64,000 nt of DNA from Candidatus Thorarchaeota archaeon (GTDB taxonomy: Archaea; Asgardarchaeota; Thorarchaeia; Thorarchaeales; Thorarchaeaceae): NCBI GenBank assembly GCA_029855935.1, contig JAGSHN010000027.1, positions 64,001-128,000 on the forward strand, read 5' to 3'. Shown here in pieces: positions 30,052 through 40,007 of the stretch (position 1 is the first letter of the stretch; the number at the start of each line of letters is the position of its first letter). The translations under genes were made by a program, and so were the position numbers. The notes beneath the pieces are model-generated. The model saw nothing but the letters and a program-made list of their open reading frames with translations. It made no database searches and was not told the DNA's origin.

Positions 30052-31938
30052 CTATCCTCGGCCCTCAAGGTCGAACGGAGACACGACATCGCCCATCTCT
30101 GCACGAAGCGCGTTCAGTCTGTCTCTCTGTGCCTGAATCTCCTCGAAGAGCACAGCAGGTATCCTCGGACGCACTCGGTAGAAGGCCTCAGCCCTCTCAA
30201 GCTTGGCCAAGAGCTTGGGGATGCGGATCTGGAACTGCTGCTCGTAGTCCTCTCGTGCATAGCTCCTTGAGAGGGTGGAACGAAACAGCTCGCGCAGGTC
30301 CTCATACACAGGTATGAGACCAATCGGTGTCCGTATTGCGGACAGCTCGCTGTGGGCCCGACGCTCAATCCACTTCAGCCAGACACGCTTGTCGTGCTTG
30401 GAGTTGAGATACTCCCCGTCCGGACCGCGCAGAAAGTAGTTCACACCGAAGATCTTGGGCGGGGATGTCAGTCCGTCGACAAACTCAAGGTGATTCTGGA
30501 TGTACTTGCCGAGGAAGATGGAGATGAAGTCGAGGTTCGAGAACGGCTGCATCCTGAGGACTCCCTCCGCTCCAAGTGTGGCTGCGGTCGTCTCGGACTC
30601 CAGGATGGCGCCAATAGTGATGACACCGTGCCGCCAGTGAAAGGACTCCCAGACTGGTACCGATGTGTCAGGGTCACGTCCGCCGTAGATGATACCTCCG
30701 AGCGGCACTCCCGAGGGGTCCTCAAGAGCATCGTCGACATTTCCAAGGTAAGACAGCCTGATCGTGTATCTGGCATTCCGATGTGCTGCAGGTACCTCAC
30801 GCCCATCCGGGCCAGTCAGACCCGGATGCCACTCGCCAGCATAGTTGACTCCTCGTGCGGGATGCTTCCGCCCATCCCCCAGCCAGTACGGGACCCCATC
30901 ACAGACAAGAACGTTCGAGAATATCACCTCTCCCGGGCTTGTGAGACACCTGAAGATGAGAGGGTCGTCTTGGGCGTTGACGCCACGGATGATGCCGAAT
31001 ATGCCGCGCTCGACATTTGCAGTCCTGACCTCATCGCCAAACCTCTTGATGTAGGCCAGGTCATCTCCGACAATCTTCTCCCCCTGCACCATCGCGGTAC
31101 TGGTCTTTCCACAGCCAGATGGGTACGCCCCTGTCAGGTAGGTCTTACGCCCGCCCGGGCCGTGGACACCCATTATGAACATGTGCTCGGCGAGCCAGCC
31201 CTCCTCATCGGCACGGCGAATGGCGAGCCTGAAGGCGAGCTTCTTCAGCCCCACGGTATTGCCCGCATACGTGGTGTTCACGCTATAGACGAGGTTGTCT
31301 GTATAGTCGATGTAGATCCTTCGCTTGTCGATGTCAACTGGCAGATTATTGACGACCCGTCCGGCCGAGTGGAGAACCTTGAAGCAGCGTGACGCAGTCT
31401 CTACCCGCGTGAACTTCTCGTAGGCGGGACGGTAGAGGAGGTCAAGACTGTGTGCGACGTAGTAGGAATCCGTCACCTGAATGGTGAGGATTGAGAAAGG
31501 AGAGTCAACAGGTGCCAGAGAGAAGAACCGGACAATCATGTCCTTTCCGCGCATGCTCCCTTGTAGGTACCCTCTGACTTCTGCAAGACCCTCGTCCCGG
31601 TCCATCTGATTGAGATAAGGATCGAGCTCATCATCGCTGGGCACGAGGTATTTCGTGTTTTCAATGTCACGCGCCTGGTCGAAGTAGCCATCAAAGTGGA
31701 CAGTGTGGCCCTTGATCTTGAGCGGAATCTCTTCACCACGCTCTATCGCCCGTCTTCGAACCAGATCGATATCTCCGGGATCATCTGTCACGACAAAGAC
31801 TGTGGCTGGCTCACAGAGTTCCACAGCATCAAGGAGGAAGGCGTGAACATCAGGACATCGAATTCGAGATATCCTCCGAAAGGCCTCTGGATCTACCGTA
31901 GACCGCAATTTCTCAAGGTGACCGCTCATCGCTACCAC
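30052..31938 (-). CDS. pckG: phosphoenolpyruvate carboxykinase (GTP)
   Basis: YAGNTVGLKK, WLAEHM, YPSGCGKTS, VGDDLA, GIIYGGR. Confidence 0.95.
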   Translation of the reverse strand: MVAMSGHLEKLRSTVDPEAFRRISRIRCPDVHAFLLDAVELCEPATVFVVTDDPGDIDLVRRRAIERGEEIPLKIKGHTVHFDGYFDQARDIENTKYLVPSDDELDPYLNQMDRDEGLAEVRGYLQGSMRGKDMIVRFFSLAPVDSPFSILTIQVTDSYYVAHSLDLLYRPAYEKFTRVETASRCFKVLHSAGRVVNNLPVDIDKRRIYIDYTDNLVYSVNTTYAGNTVGLKKLAFRLAIRRADEEGWLAEHMFIMGVHGPGGRKTYLTGAYPSGCGKTSTAMVQGEKIVGDDLAYIKRFGDEVRTANVERGIFGIIRGVNAQDDPLIFRCLTSPGEVIFSNVLVCDGVPYWLGDGRKHPARGVNYAGEWHPGLTGPDGREVPAAHRNARYTIRLSYLGNVDDALEDPSGVPLGGIIYGGRDPDTSVPVWESFHWRHGVITIGAILESETTAATLGAEGVLRMQPFSNLDFISIFLGKYIQNHLEFVDGLTSPPKIFGVNYFLRGPDGEYLNSKHDKRVWLKWIERRAHSELSAIRTPIGLIPVYEDLRELFRSTLSRSYAREDYEQQFQIRIPKLLAKLERAEAFYRVRPRIPAVLFEEIQAQRDRLNALRAEMGDVVSPFDLEGRG

Positions 31939-32123
31939 ATCAAGCGCGGCTGACGCGTGCCGGCGCGAGGAACATCAAATAAGACATTTTGGGTAGGGAA
32001 CCGGGGCCAAGTTCTGACCCTCCGTGTCGAGGGGAAGCGCACAAGAGTCTGCTAGGATACCCAATCGCGCAAGGCGATTCAGATATATGTGAGGTAACTG
32101 GCTGTTGAAGTCAGTGACCGATT

Positions 32124-33188
32124 ATGGACCCGCGTGTTGCCGAACATGCCAAGATAATCGTTGAGTGGAGCACGGAGATGAAGAGAGGTGACAGAGTCAT
32201 CATCAGGGCCAGTCCTGACGCAACCGAACTCGTTGTTGCCCTGAGTCGGGAGATAGCCAGGGTGGGCGCTCACCCCATCACCCTGATGGACCTTGGTGAT
32301 GCCTCGCGTGCATTCATCGATACAGCCGACAATGAAACGTTGAGCGAGATTCCGGAGCACCACAGAGTGCTCTATGAGAACTCGGATGTGATAGTCAGCA
32401 TTCGATCTCCCCTCAATACGAGAGCGATGGCTGGCGCCAGTCCAGAGAAGCTGGTCCTGCTGAGCAAGACGATGCGACCGCTCTCGGACATCGTGCTCTC
32501 GAAGCGTTGGTGTCTCACAGTGCATCCCTGTCAGGCGCTTGCGCAAGAGGCCAATATGAGCTTGGAGGAGTACAAGGACTTTGTATATGGAGCCACCCTC
32601 CTCGACTGGAAGGAGGAGAGCAAGATGATGTACCGGCTGAAGGAGCGACTTGAGAAGCACAGCGATATCAGGTTCGTTGGCCCCGAGACTGACCTGTACG
32701 CAAAGACGGAGGGGAGAATCTGGATTGCCTCCGATGGAAAGCACAACCTGCCCAGCGGTGAAGTCTTTACCGCTCCCGTCGAGGACACGGTAGAGGGCAA
32801 GATCTACTTTGACATTCCATTCCTTCAGAGGGGTCGCGTGATACAGGGAGTGCGACTGACTTTCGAGAAGGGAGAGGTCGTCGACTTCTCTGCTGAGAAG
32901 GAGGAGGCAACCCTGAAATCAATCATCGAGACCGACGAGGGGGCGAGAAGGCTGGGCGAGATGGCCATAGGGACAAACCGCGGGATAAAGAGGTACACCC
33001 TCAACATGCTCTTTGATGAGAAGATTGGTGACACCATTCACTGCGCTCTGGGCAATGCCTACAAGGAGTGCAACGGGACGAATAAGAGCGCTGTCCATGT
33101 TGACATGATCAAGTCGATGAAGGAGGGTGAGGTCATAGCTGGCGACGAGGTGATATACTCCCGAGGCAAGTTCTTCTGGGAGAGGTGA
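32124..33188 (+). CDS. aminopeptidase, M29 (AmpS/AmpT) family
   Basis: NLPSGEVFTAP, RLGEMAIG, LFDEKIG..HCALG, SAVHVDM. Confidence 0.93.
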   Translation: MDPRVAEHAKIIVEWSTEMKRGDRVIIRASPDATELVVALSREIARVGAHPITLMDLGDASRAFIDTADNETLSEIPEHHRVLYENSDVIVSIRSPLNTRAMAGASPEKLVLLSKTMRPLSDIVLSKRWCLTVHPCQALAQEANMSLEEYKDFVYGATLLDWKEESKMMYRLKERLEKHSDIRFVGPETDLYAKTEGRIWIASDGKHNLPSGEVFTAPVEDTVEGKIYFDIPFLQRGRVIQGVRLTFEKGEVVDFSAEKEEATLKSIIETDEGARRLGEMAIGTNRGIKRYTLNMLFDEKIGDTIHCALGNAYKECNGTNKSAVHVDMIKSMKEGEVIAGDEVIYSRGKFFWER

Positions 33189-33328
33189 GATCACCAGTAT
33201 AATGCCACGGCGCCCGCCGCGTAGGGGCGGTTCACTCCCTCCTCGTGCCCCTCAGTGCCAGTCAGGGCCGGGGTAGCCCGACACAATAAGATGCATAAGT
33301 CGCGCTGCTAGAATGATGTGGGGCGAGG

Positions 33329-33853
33329 ATGTTGAACTACCCGGACTTTGCTTACATTGAGAAGAGAATCAGGAAACGAACATTCGGAGTGCTTGGTACC
33401 GTTGACGGAAGGGGCCGGCCTCACTCGACAGGACTTGTCTACGGAGTCGCGCCAAAGGACCACCCGTTTGCGCTCTACGTTCTCACCGGCGCGAAGTATA
33501 AAAAGACGAGGAACGTGAAGCGCAATCCCGCAGTGTCCTTTGTCATCCCATTTCCGCACCACTGGCTGAGGTTCATCCCGGACTATGTCGTACAGTTCCA
33601 GGGCACAGCAACAATTCTGCCAGTCGATGACGAGATCGCGGTGGAGTCGTTCAGCCACAGGATGATTCTGAGAGAGAACCTGAAGGCTGCAGAGAAGATC
33701 GCAAGAGAGCGAACGGATGACGAGGCAGTGTTCATCAAGATCACGCCTGACCGCAAGATTCACGTGTTCGGTCTCGGAATCGGACCTATGACTATGTTGA
33801 GGAACGTCGAGGCTGGGGCCTATTCAGTCGAGATACCAGAAGACAGACTCTAG
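33329..33853 (+). CDS. pyridoxamine 5'-phosphate oxidase-like split-barrel protein
   Basis: GVLGTVD..GRPH, KTRNVKRNPAVSF. Confidence 0.8.
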   Translation: MLNYPDFAYIEKRIRKRTFGVLGTVDGRGRPHSTGLVYGVAPKDHPFALYVLTGAKYKKTRNVKRNPAVSFVIPFPHHWLRFIPDYVVQFQGTATILPVDDEIAVESFSHRMILRENLKAAEKIARERTDDEAVFIKITPDRKIHVFGLGIGPMTMLRNVEAGAYSVEIPEDRL

Positions 33854-33959
33854 AACGTAGGTGCCCGTCACGCCTGTCGCTGCCGTGCACTGACGGCCGC
33901 GTGCCTCGCACGCGCCCATAGGAAACGCTTCGGCCAGATAGACAAATACTTTAGATGCG

Positions 33960-33975
33960 GGGCTAGATATAGCCC
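33960..33975. promoter_or_regulatory. palindrome between a TATA-like element and the pncB start
   Basis: GGGCTA-gata-TAGCCC just downstream of aaatactttagat. Confidence 0.35.
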
Positions 33976-33979
33976 TCTA

Positions 33980-35197
33980 GTGGTCGAGATGAAACGCAGG
34001 TGGCGTATCGCAACTGAGGAGGAGATTCTGTCCGGCAAGACGACGGACGTGTACTTTGACCGTACCGTCTCGGTGATGCAGGCCGAGGGCGTGAACCCAG
34101 AGGTCTATGCCGAGGTCACCGTTTCCTCAACGCCAGAGGAGTACGACTGGGCAATCGCTGCGGGAATCGATGACGCTCTCAGACTCTTCGAGGGCAAGAG
34201 GACCAACGTCTACGGACTGGAGGAGGGGACAGTGTTTCGGTCACGGTCGCCCCGTGGTGTGAGAACGCCAGTGCTGGCAATCGAGGGGCCATATCTGGAG
34301 TTCGCTACGCTGGAAACCCCAATGCTGGGATTCATCTGCTACACCTCCGGGATGACGACCCGTACAGCACGGATTCGCCTCGCTGCAGGCGATAGACTGC
34401 TTCTATCATTTGGAGCAAGGAGGACGCACCCCGCCATCACTCCTCAGGTCGAGTACGCGGCCTACATCGGCGGGTGTGACGGAGTCTCCTGCGTGCTGGG
34501 GGCTGAACTGCTCGACATCCCACCGTCGGGGACGATGCCGCACGCGCTCATCATTGCATTCGGCGATCACGTGAGGGCCTGGCGGGCGTACGACAGACAC
34601 CTCTCTCCGGAGATACCGAGGATTGCCTTGACAGACACGTACCTCGACGAGGTGAGGGAGGCGCTTCTGGCTGCAGCAAATCTCGATAGACTTGATGGCG
34701 TCAGACTCGACACCACAGGGAGCCGGAGGGGTGACTTCAGGAGGATCATCGAGGAGGTCAGATGGGAACTGGATGCAAGAGGCTTTCACGATGTGAAGAT
34801 CTTCGCCAGCGGCGGCCTGAACGAACAGACCCTCAAGGACCTCAAAGACGCACCTGTGGACGGCTACGGTGTCGGTGGCGCAATAAGCAATGCCCCCAGC
34901 ATAGACTTTGCGATGGACATAGTCGCCATCCGTGATGGTGAGCAGTGGAGACCTTGCGCCAAGCGGGGGAAGTTCTCGGGTCGAAAGACTGTCTGGCGGT
35001 GCGAGGCTTGCCTTGCCACAGATGTGACGCTCTGGGACGAGGAACCACCGAGATGCTCGTACTGTGGTACGAAGATGGCAAGACTGACCACCACTCTTGT
35101 CTCCAACGGCAAGATTGTGCGCAAACACAGGTCTGAAAAGCAGATTCGTGAGTATGTCATTGAACAGTTAGAGAGGTTGCGTGCACACGGTGATTGA
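33980..35197 (+). CDS. pncB: nicotinate phosphoribosyltransferase (archaeal type)
   Basis: TTDVYF, SFGARR, GTMPHA, GVRLDT, SGGL, C-terminal Zn ribbon. Confidence 0.92.
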   Translation: MVEMKRRWRIATEEEILSGKTTDVYFDRTVSVMQAEGVNPEVYAEVTVSSTPEEYDWAIAAGIDDALRLFEGKRTNVYGLEEGTVFRSRSPRGVRTPVLAIEGPYLEFATLETPMLGFICYTSGMTTRTARIRLAAGDRLLLSFGARRTHPAITPQVEYAAYIGGCDGVSCVLGAELLDIPPSGTMPHALIIAFGDHVRAWRAYDRHLSPEIPRIALTDTYLDEVREALLAAANLDRLDGVRLDTTGSRRGDFRRIIEEVRWELDARGFHDVKIFASGGLNEQTLKDLKDAPVDGYGVGGAISNAPSIDFAMDIVAIRDGEQWRPCAKRGKFSGRKTVWRCEACLATDVTLWDEEPPRCSYCGTKMARLTTTLVSNGKIVRKHRSEKQIREYVIEQLERLRAHGD

Positions 35198-35756
35198 TGT
35201 CGACCCCGAGAGGACTGCGTTGATCATAGTCGACATGCTGAACGACTTTGTCGACAGCAGGGGCACACTTGTCGTGCCTGCTGCAGAGGGACTCATCCCT
35301 GTCCAGAGAAAACTACTCGATGCCGCACGAGAGAGCGGCATGGTCGTCCTCTACCTAGCCGACCATCATCGGCCTGACGACCCCGAGTTCAAGATGTGGC
35401 CGCCACATGCTGTGGAGGGGACCTGGGGTGCTCAGGTCGTTCCAGAGCTCGCCCCGCGCGACAATGGGCGGGTGATTCCCAAGCGTCGCTATTCTGGCTT
35501 CTTCGGCACCGACTTGGACCTGACGCTGAGGGAGGCCGGAGCCACTACGATCGTCCTTGTGGGCGTCCTCACTGACATCTGCGTGATGTACACTTCAGCT
35601 GACGCCTCAGCACGGGCGTATCGCGTAATCGTTGTCCGTGACGCGACTGCGAGCACATCAGAGGAGGCACATCAGTTTGCACTGAAGCACGTGGAGAGCG
35701 TTCACGGAGCAACGGTTGTGAGTTCTGATGAACTCCTCACGGCTCTCTCTACCTGA
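35181..35756 (+). CDS. pncA: isochorismatase-family cysteine hydrolase, probable nicotinamidase
   Basis: IVDMLNDF, WPPH, KRRYSGF, TDICV catalytic D/K/C; overlaps pncB. Confidence 0.75.
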   Translation: MHTVIDVDPERTALIIVDMLNDFVDSRGTLVVPAAEGLIPVQRKLLDAARESGMVVLYLADHHRPDDPEFKMWPPHAVEGTWGAQVVPELAPRDNGRVIPKRRYSGFFGTDLDLTLREAGATTIVLVGVLTDICVMYTSADASARAYRVIVVRDATASTSEEAHQFALKHVESVHGATVVSSDELLTALST

Positions 35757-35862
35757 GAAGACCGGGGGAGAGCGGTGACCTGACAACGCCAACAGCAGGT
35801 CACCGAGGCCAAATCATTCAAGTGGTGCCCTGTGCAGAACGCACTCCATCCCATAGTGCGAG

Positions 35863-36903
35863 GTGTTCGCGATGGTGACTCCCTACAGAGTGTTATTGGT
35901 CGGAATGGGAACCATTGGAAGGAAAATTGCAGAGGCGATTATCGCACGGGACAATCTTGAGCTGATCGCAGTTGTCGACACCAATCCGGATCTTGCGGGG
36001 AAGAGAGTTGACGATGTGTTGGACCATGTTCAGACTAGTGATGCGAAGGTCTACCCAAGCATCGGAAAGGCGCTCAGACCCAAGAGGAACAGTGATGTTG
36101 ATGTTGCAATCGTCGCTACCTCTTCTGCCCTCCAAGATGTTGTTCCACTCATTGAGAGATGTCTGGAGGCCGGTGCCAACGTGATATCAATCTGCGAGGA
36201 GCTATCGTTCCCCTACGCCAAGCACGCTGATCTTGCCAAGAGGCTCGACCGCGCGGCGAAACAGGCGAAGAGGACTGTCGTCGGCACGGGCATCAACCCG
36301 GGCTATCTTATGGACACGCTCCCCATCCTTCTCTCGGCCCCCGTACGTGACCTTGAGACAATCGAGGTGACAAGGGTCATCGACTCGTCAAAGCGGAGGA
36401 CATCCTTCCAGAAGAAGATTGGAACGACAATGACAGTGAAGAGGTTCAAGGAGGCGATCTCCACGGGGGAGATCACGGGACACGTGGGTCTCTTCGAGTC
36501 GATAAGCATGATAGACAGTGCTCTCAACCTTGGACTCACAGCCATCGAAGAGCTGACGCCAGAGCCTGTCGTGGCATCGACACGCATCGAGACCGCCGTC
36601 GGGACAGTCCAGAGTGGAGAGGTGATTGGTCTCCGTAGTGTCGGTGTCGGGCGCAGAGGCGAGGATGTGGTGGTGACTCTCAACTTCCTGGCCTACGCAG
36701 GGGCCAGCCCTGAGTATGACGAGATACGCATTCGGGGTATCCCGGAGATCACCCAGAGAATTGAGGGAGGTGTCCACGGCGACATCGGTACGGTGGCGAT
36801 GGCAATCAACATGATTCCCATTGTCGTCGATGCTCGACCGGGACTGAAGACAATGAAGGATCTGCCCTGCCCCCACAACACCGAGAGAGTCATGAAACGG
36901 TGA
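35863..36903 (+). CDS. dihydrodipicolinate reductase-like / 2,4-diaminopentanoate dehydrogenase-like oxidoreductase
   Basis: GMGTIG, EEL..P, GTGINPG, GHVGL, GGVHGD. Confidence 0.8.
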   Translation: MFAMVTPYRVLLVGMGTIGRKIAEAIIARDNLELIAVVDTNPDLAGKRVDDVLDHVQTSDAKVYPSIGKALRPKRNSDVDVAIVATSSALQDVVPLIERCLEAGANVISICEELSFPYAKHADLAKRLDRAAKQAKRTVVGTGINPGYLMDTLPILLSAPVRDLETIEVTRVIDSSKRRTSFQKKIGTTMTVKRFKEAISTGEITGHVGLFESISMIDSALNLGLTAIEELTPEPVVASTRIETAVGTVQSGEVIGLRSVGVGRRGEDVVVTLNFLAYAGASPEYDEIRIRGIPEITQRIEGGVHGDIGTVAMAINMIPIVVDARPGLKTMKDLPCPHNTERVMKR

Positions 36904-36909
36904 CCTGAG

Positions 36910-38217
36910 ATGCTGAATCAGTACATCTCAAAGACCCGGAGGTCTCGAGATCTCTTTGAGAGAGCCGAGAGGGTCCTCTGCGGAGGGGTGAATCACAACA
37001 TCCGAACCTTCGGCCTGACCACTCACGGAGCGTACCCGCCATTCATGGCACGGGGAGAGGGATCTCACATCTGGGATGTTGATGGCAACGAGTACATCGA
37101 CTGGTGGATGACGCACTTCGCCAAGATACTAGGTCACGCCCATCCCTCTGTGATAGCTGCAATCAGGGAGCAGCTCGAGAACGGAGTCCATCTCGGTGCG
37201 CTGAATGAGGCGCAGGTGGAACTGGCCGAGCTGTTGCGGCGAGCGATACCACTGCTGGAGAAGATGCGATTCTGTACAACGGGCGCGGAGGCCACAATGT
37301 ATGCCACGCGACTGGCACGGCTGTACACAGGTCGCCATCTTGTTGCCAAGGCCAGAGGAGGGTGGCACGGTGGCAACGACTCGCTAGTCTACCATCTGAA
37401 GTATCCCTTCACGGACGAACCCATATTCGCGGGCCTCTCATTCGACTTCAACGACAGTGACAGTGTGACCGAGCTCTTCAGAGAGCACGGGGAGGAACTT
37501 GCTGCGGTCATTGTGGAGCCCGTCCTCGGTGCTGGTGGAGGGCTGCCACCGGAGAGAGACTTCCTAAGGCATCTGAGAGAACAGTGCGACGCTCACGGCT
37601 CTGTTCTGATATTTGATGAGATCATCACCGGCTTCAGACTGTGCTACGGCTCGGCCGGTGTCGAGCTCTTTGGCGTGAGGCCAGACCTTATGACCCTCGG
37701 AAAGATTGTCGGCGGTGGGATGCCCATTGGGATCTATGGTGGTAGAGAGGAGATAATGCGACTGGCGGAGCCCGGTGCCAAGGGCGGTAGGTGGGTTGGA
37801 GGCGGAACATTCTCCAGTCATCCGCTGTCAATGGCGGCTGGCGTTGCTGTGATTCGTGAACTTGAGAGACTGAAGAACGACTACAGGAGACTGAACACAA
37901 CTGGCGACACGTTCAGACGGAACATCAACACCTACTTCTCCGACGAGGGCATCAAGGCCTTGTCAACAGGCACGGGATCAATTGCTTTCGTAAACTGGCT
38001 GAGGCACGACATCGAGCCGCCGCTGACCGCGACCAAGCTCGGCGAGGCGGCGGACCACAAGAGACTCGACCTCTTCCAGTCTCTGTTGTTCGAGCAAGGC
38101 GTCTTCGGCTTTCACGGCCTCGGAGCAATCTCCTTCGCTCACACCAAGGAGGACATCAGTCGGACACTGGATGTTGCGAGAGAGGTAGCACCGATCGTTC
38201 AGGCCTATGATCAGTAG
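36910..38217 (+). CDS. class III PLP aminotransferase (GSA aminomutase-like)
   Basis: DVDGNEYID, GAEA, FDEIITGFR, TLGKIVGGG. Confidence 0.88.
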   Translation: MLNQYISKTRRSRDLFERAERVLCGGVNHNIRTFGLTTHGAYPPFMARGEGSHIWDVDGNEYIDWWMTHFAKILGHAHPSVIAAIREQLENGVHLGALNEAQVELAELLRRAIPLLEKMRFCTTGAEATMYATRLARLYTGRHLVAKARGGWHGGNDSLVYHLKYPFTDEPIFAGLSFDFNDSDSVTELFREHGEELAAVIVEPVLGAGGGLPPERDFLRHLREQCDAHGSVLIFDEIITGFRLCYGSAGVELFGVRPDLMTLGKIVGGGMPIGIYGGREEIMRLAEPGAKGGRWVGGGTFSSHPLSMAAGVAVIRELERLKNDYRRLNTTGDTFRRNINTYFSDEGIKALSTGTGSIAFVNWLRHDIEPPLTATKLGEAADHKRLDLFQSLLFEQGVFGFHGLGAISFAHTKEDISRTLDVAREVAPIVQAYDQ

Positions 38218-38398
38218 ACGGGACGCAGACTCGTTGGCATCGGTTGTTGCAGGTCGCCGACTGCAGACGGCGGCTAGGCCGGTCTATGAGGCCGTCGAGT
38301 CTGCAGGTGAGCGGTCATCGGCCGAGGAATGGTCCGATATCCTTATTGGAGTCATCCAGACAGTGTGCGTCGGACACGCTTCGGGTTGTGAACGAACG

Positions 38399-38848
38399 AT
38401 GAGCGCCGAGGGAGAAGACACCCGTACGAGAGATCTGCTCAGGACCCTGATACTTGATGGCGACATCAGTGCCATCGAGATTCTCAGCAAGAGAACCGGC
38501 AGGGCCGAGGAGGAGGTTGTGGCCATTCTTGAGGACATGGTAGCAACTGGAGAGATTGATGGCTATCTCACGCCCGATAGACGACGCTTCTTCAGACGAG
38601 ATGTCACGCCTCCTGAAGGCACTGTTGGGAAGGACGAGTACGTACCCGAGTTTCTCGCCTACGAAACCAGGCTCTGGCGCGCAGTAGCACTCGTGGGCCT
38701 TGTGATAGTGATCGCCGGAGCATCAGCAGTCTGGGTGTTCAGTGAGGATGTCCAGGCTCAGAACGTGTCCACACTGCTGCTCACTACAGGTCTTGTCATA
38801 ATGATTGTGGGATGCTACCAGATTGGGAGGCGTCCCGCTCCACCCTGA
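38399..38848 (+). CDS. PCI/winged-helix-like domain with two C-terminal TM helices
   Basis: LSKRTG..EEEVVAILEDMVATGEIDGYL pattern then two hydrophobic segments; start re-called to ATG 38399. Confidence 0.6.
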   Translation: MSAEGEDTRTRDLLRTLILDGDISAIEILSKRTGRAEEEVVAILEDMVATGEIDGYLTPDRRRFFRRDVTPPEGTVGKDEYVPEFLAYETRLWRAVALVGLVIVIAGASAVWVFSEDVQAQNVSTLLLTTGLVIMIVGCYQIGRRPAPP

Positions 38849-38920
38849 GTCGGTGGCCAAGACAACACTCCTTTTAAGTCACAGAAAGTGCGTCCGAGTC
38901 CGCCTTCGAAGGTGTGAGTA

Positions 38921-39907
38921 GTGATTCAGGCCATCGACCCAATGACGACTACAGTGATAGCACTCGCGGTGTTCGCCGTCCTCGTCGGAACACTGTGTTC
39001 GATGCTCGGAATTGGCGGCGGAACTGTCAACACTCCCCTGCTGATCATCGTGTTCATGCTCGGGCCGCGTGAGGCCTCCGCGACCACACTGATGGCCGCA
39101 ATCTTCATCTCCACATCCAGCAGCATCTCGTATTTCCGTCAGAACCCGCGGCCCGCGGTCTATCGAGCAGGGCTGTTTCTGGCGATGACAACAATCCCAG
39201 GGTCCTTGACTGGCGTGTGGCTGAAAGGCGTCATCACCGATGACCTACTCTTGAGATACCTCTTCGCTCTCCTCCTCTTCCCCATTGCTGTGAAGATGTT
39301 GTTCGCTCGGCGACGCAGCAGGACCGATATGGCCTCCGAGATCGGATCCTTCGACTTCAACTCTATCGGCCAGTCGCGGCTCATCGCAGCGCTGGCTGCG
39401 GCATACGGCGGCGGCGTAATGGCGGGTCTGCTTGGACTCGGTGGCGGTGTCATAGTGGTTCCTGTGCTGAGTATGATTCTCGGTCTTCCAATGCATGCAG
39501 CCGTGGCCACATCAATGTTCACCATGATGTTTACCACATCATCAGGCACGATTCTCAATCTTCAGTACGGACTCGTCAATCCGACGTTCGGCGCAGCACT
39601 CGGTACGGGAATGGTCATCGGCGGCCAGATAGGCTCAAGGCTCGCCTGTCGCGTCGATGCGGTCAGGCTGAAACAGGCGTTCGGTCTGTTGCTCGTTCTA
39701 CCTCTGATCAAGATGGCCAAGCTGGGTCAGATGTGGCTCGATCCGCAGAACGTCAATCCGGCAATGGCCCTTGTCGGAGACATCATCATCTGGTTCCTTG
39801 TGATGGTTCCGGTTGCCGCCATCAGATTTGTCCTCATTCGACGAGAGAACGGAGGAGAAATAGTTCCTGACGGAGAGAGATGCGACGAGGGAGGATTCGC
39901 ATCGTAG
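38921..39907 (+). CDS. TauE/SafE (TSUP) family transporter
   Basis: MLGIGGG and LLGLGGG repeats, AVATS, multi-TM. Confidence 0.88.
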   Translation: MIQAIDPMTTTVIALAVFAVLVGTLCSMLGIGGGTVNTPLLIIVFMLGPREASATTLMAAIFISTSSSISYFRQNPRPAVYRAGLFLAMTTIPGSLTGVWLKGVITDDLLLRYLFALLLFPIAVKMLFARRRSRTDMASEIGSFDFNSIGQSRLIAALAAAYGGGVMAGLLGLGGGVIVVPVLSMILGLPMHAAVATSMFTMMFTTSSGTILNLQYGLVNPTFGAALGTGMVIGGQIGSRLACRVDAVRLKQAFGLLLVLPLIKMAKLGQMWLDPQNVNPAMALVGDIIIWFLVMVPVAAIRFVLIRRENGGEIVPDGERCDEGGFAS

Positions 39908-39943
39908 CATCGATGTCTGCCAATGGCCAGTAGAGACCTATGA

Positions 39944-39973
39944 GAGAAGAAAGTGCGGGCCCATCGGGCCCGC
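39944..39973 (-). terminator. GC hairpin plus pyrimidine tract between convergent genes
   Basis: GCGGGCCC-atc-GGGCCCGC at 39955-39973, followed by ACTTTCTTCTC on the minus strand. Confidence 0.55.
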
Positions 39974-40007
39974 TGTTGGGGGATTACAACTCTACCTGAC
40001 CGCGAGG

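Noticed and set aside
30352-31392. Long antisense ORFs (also 50080-51231, 10310-11098, 3050-3820)
   Set aside because: They lie opposite well-supported genes and show no motifs, as expected for shadow ORFs in GC-rich DNA.
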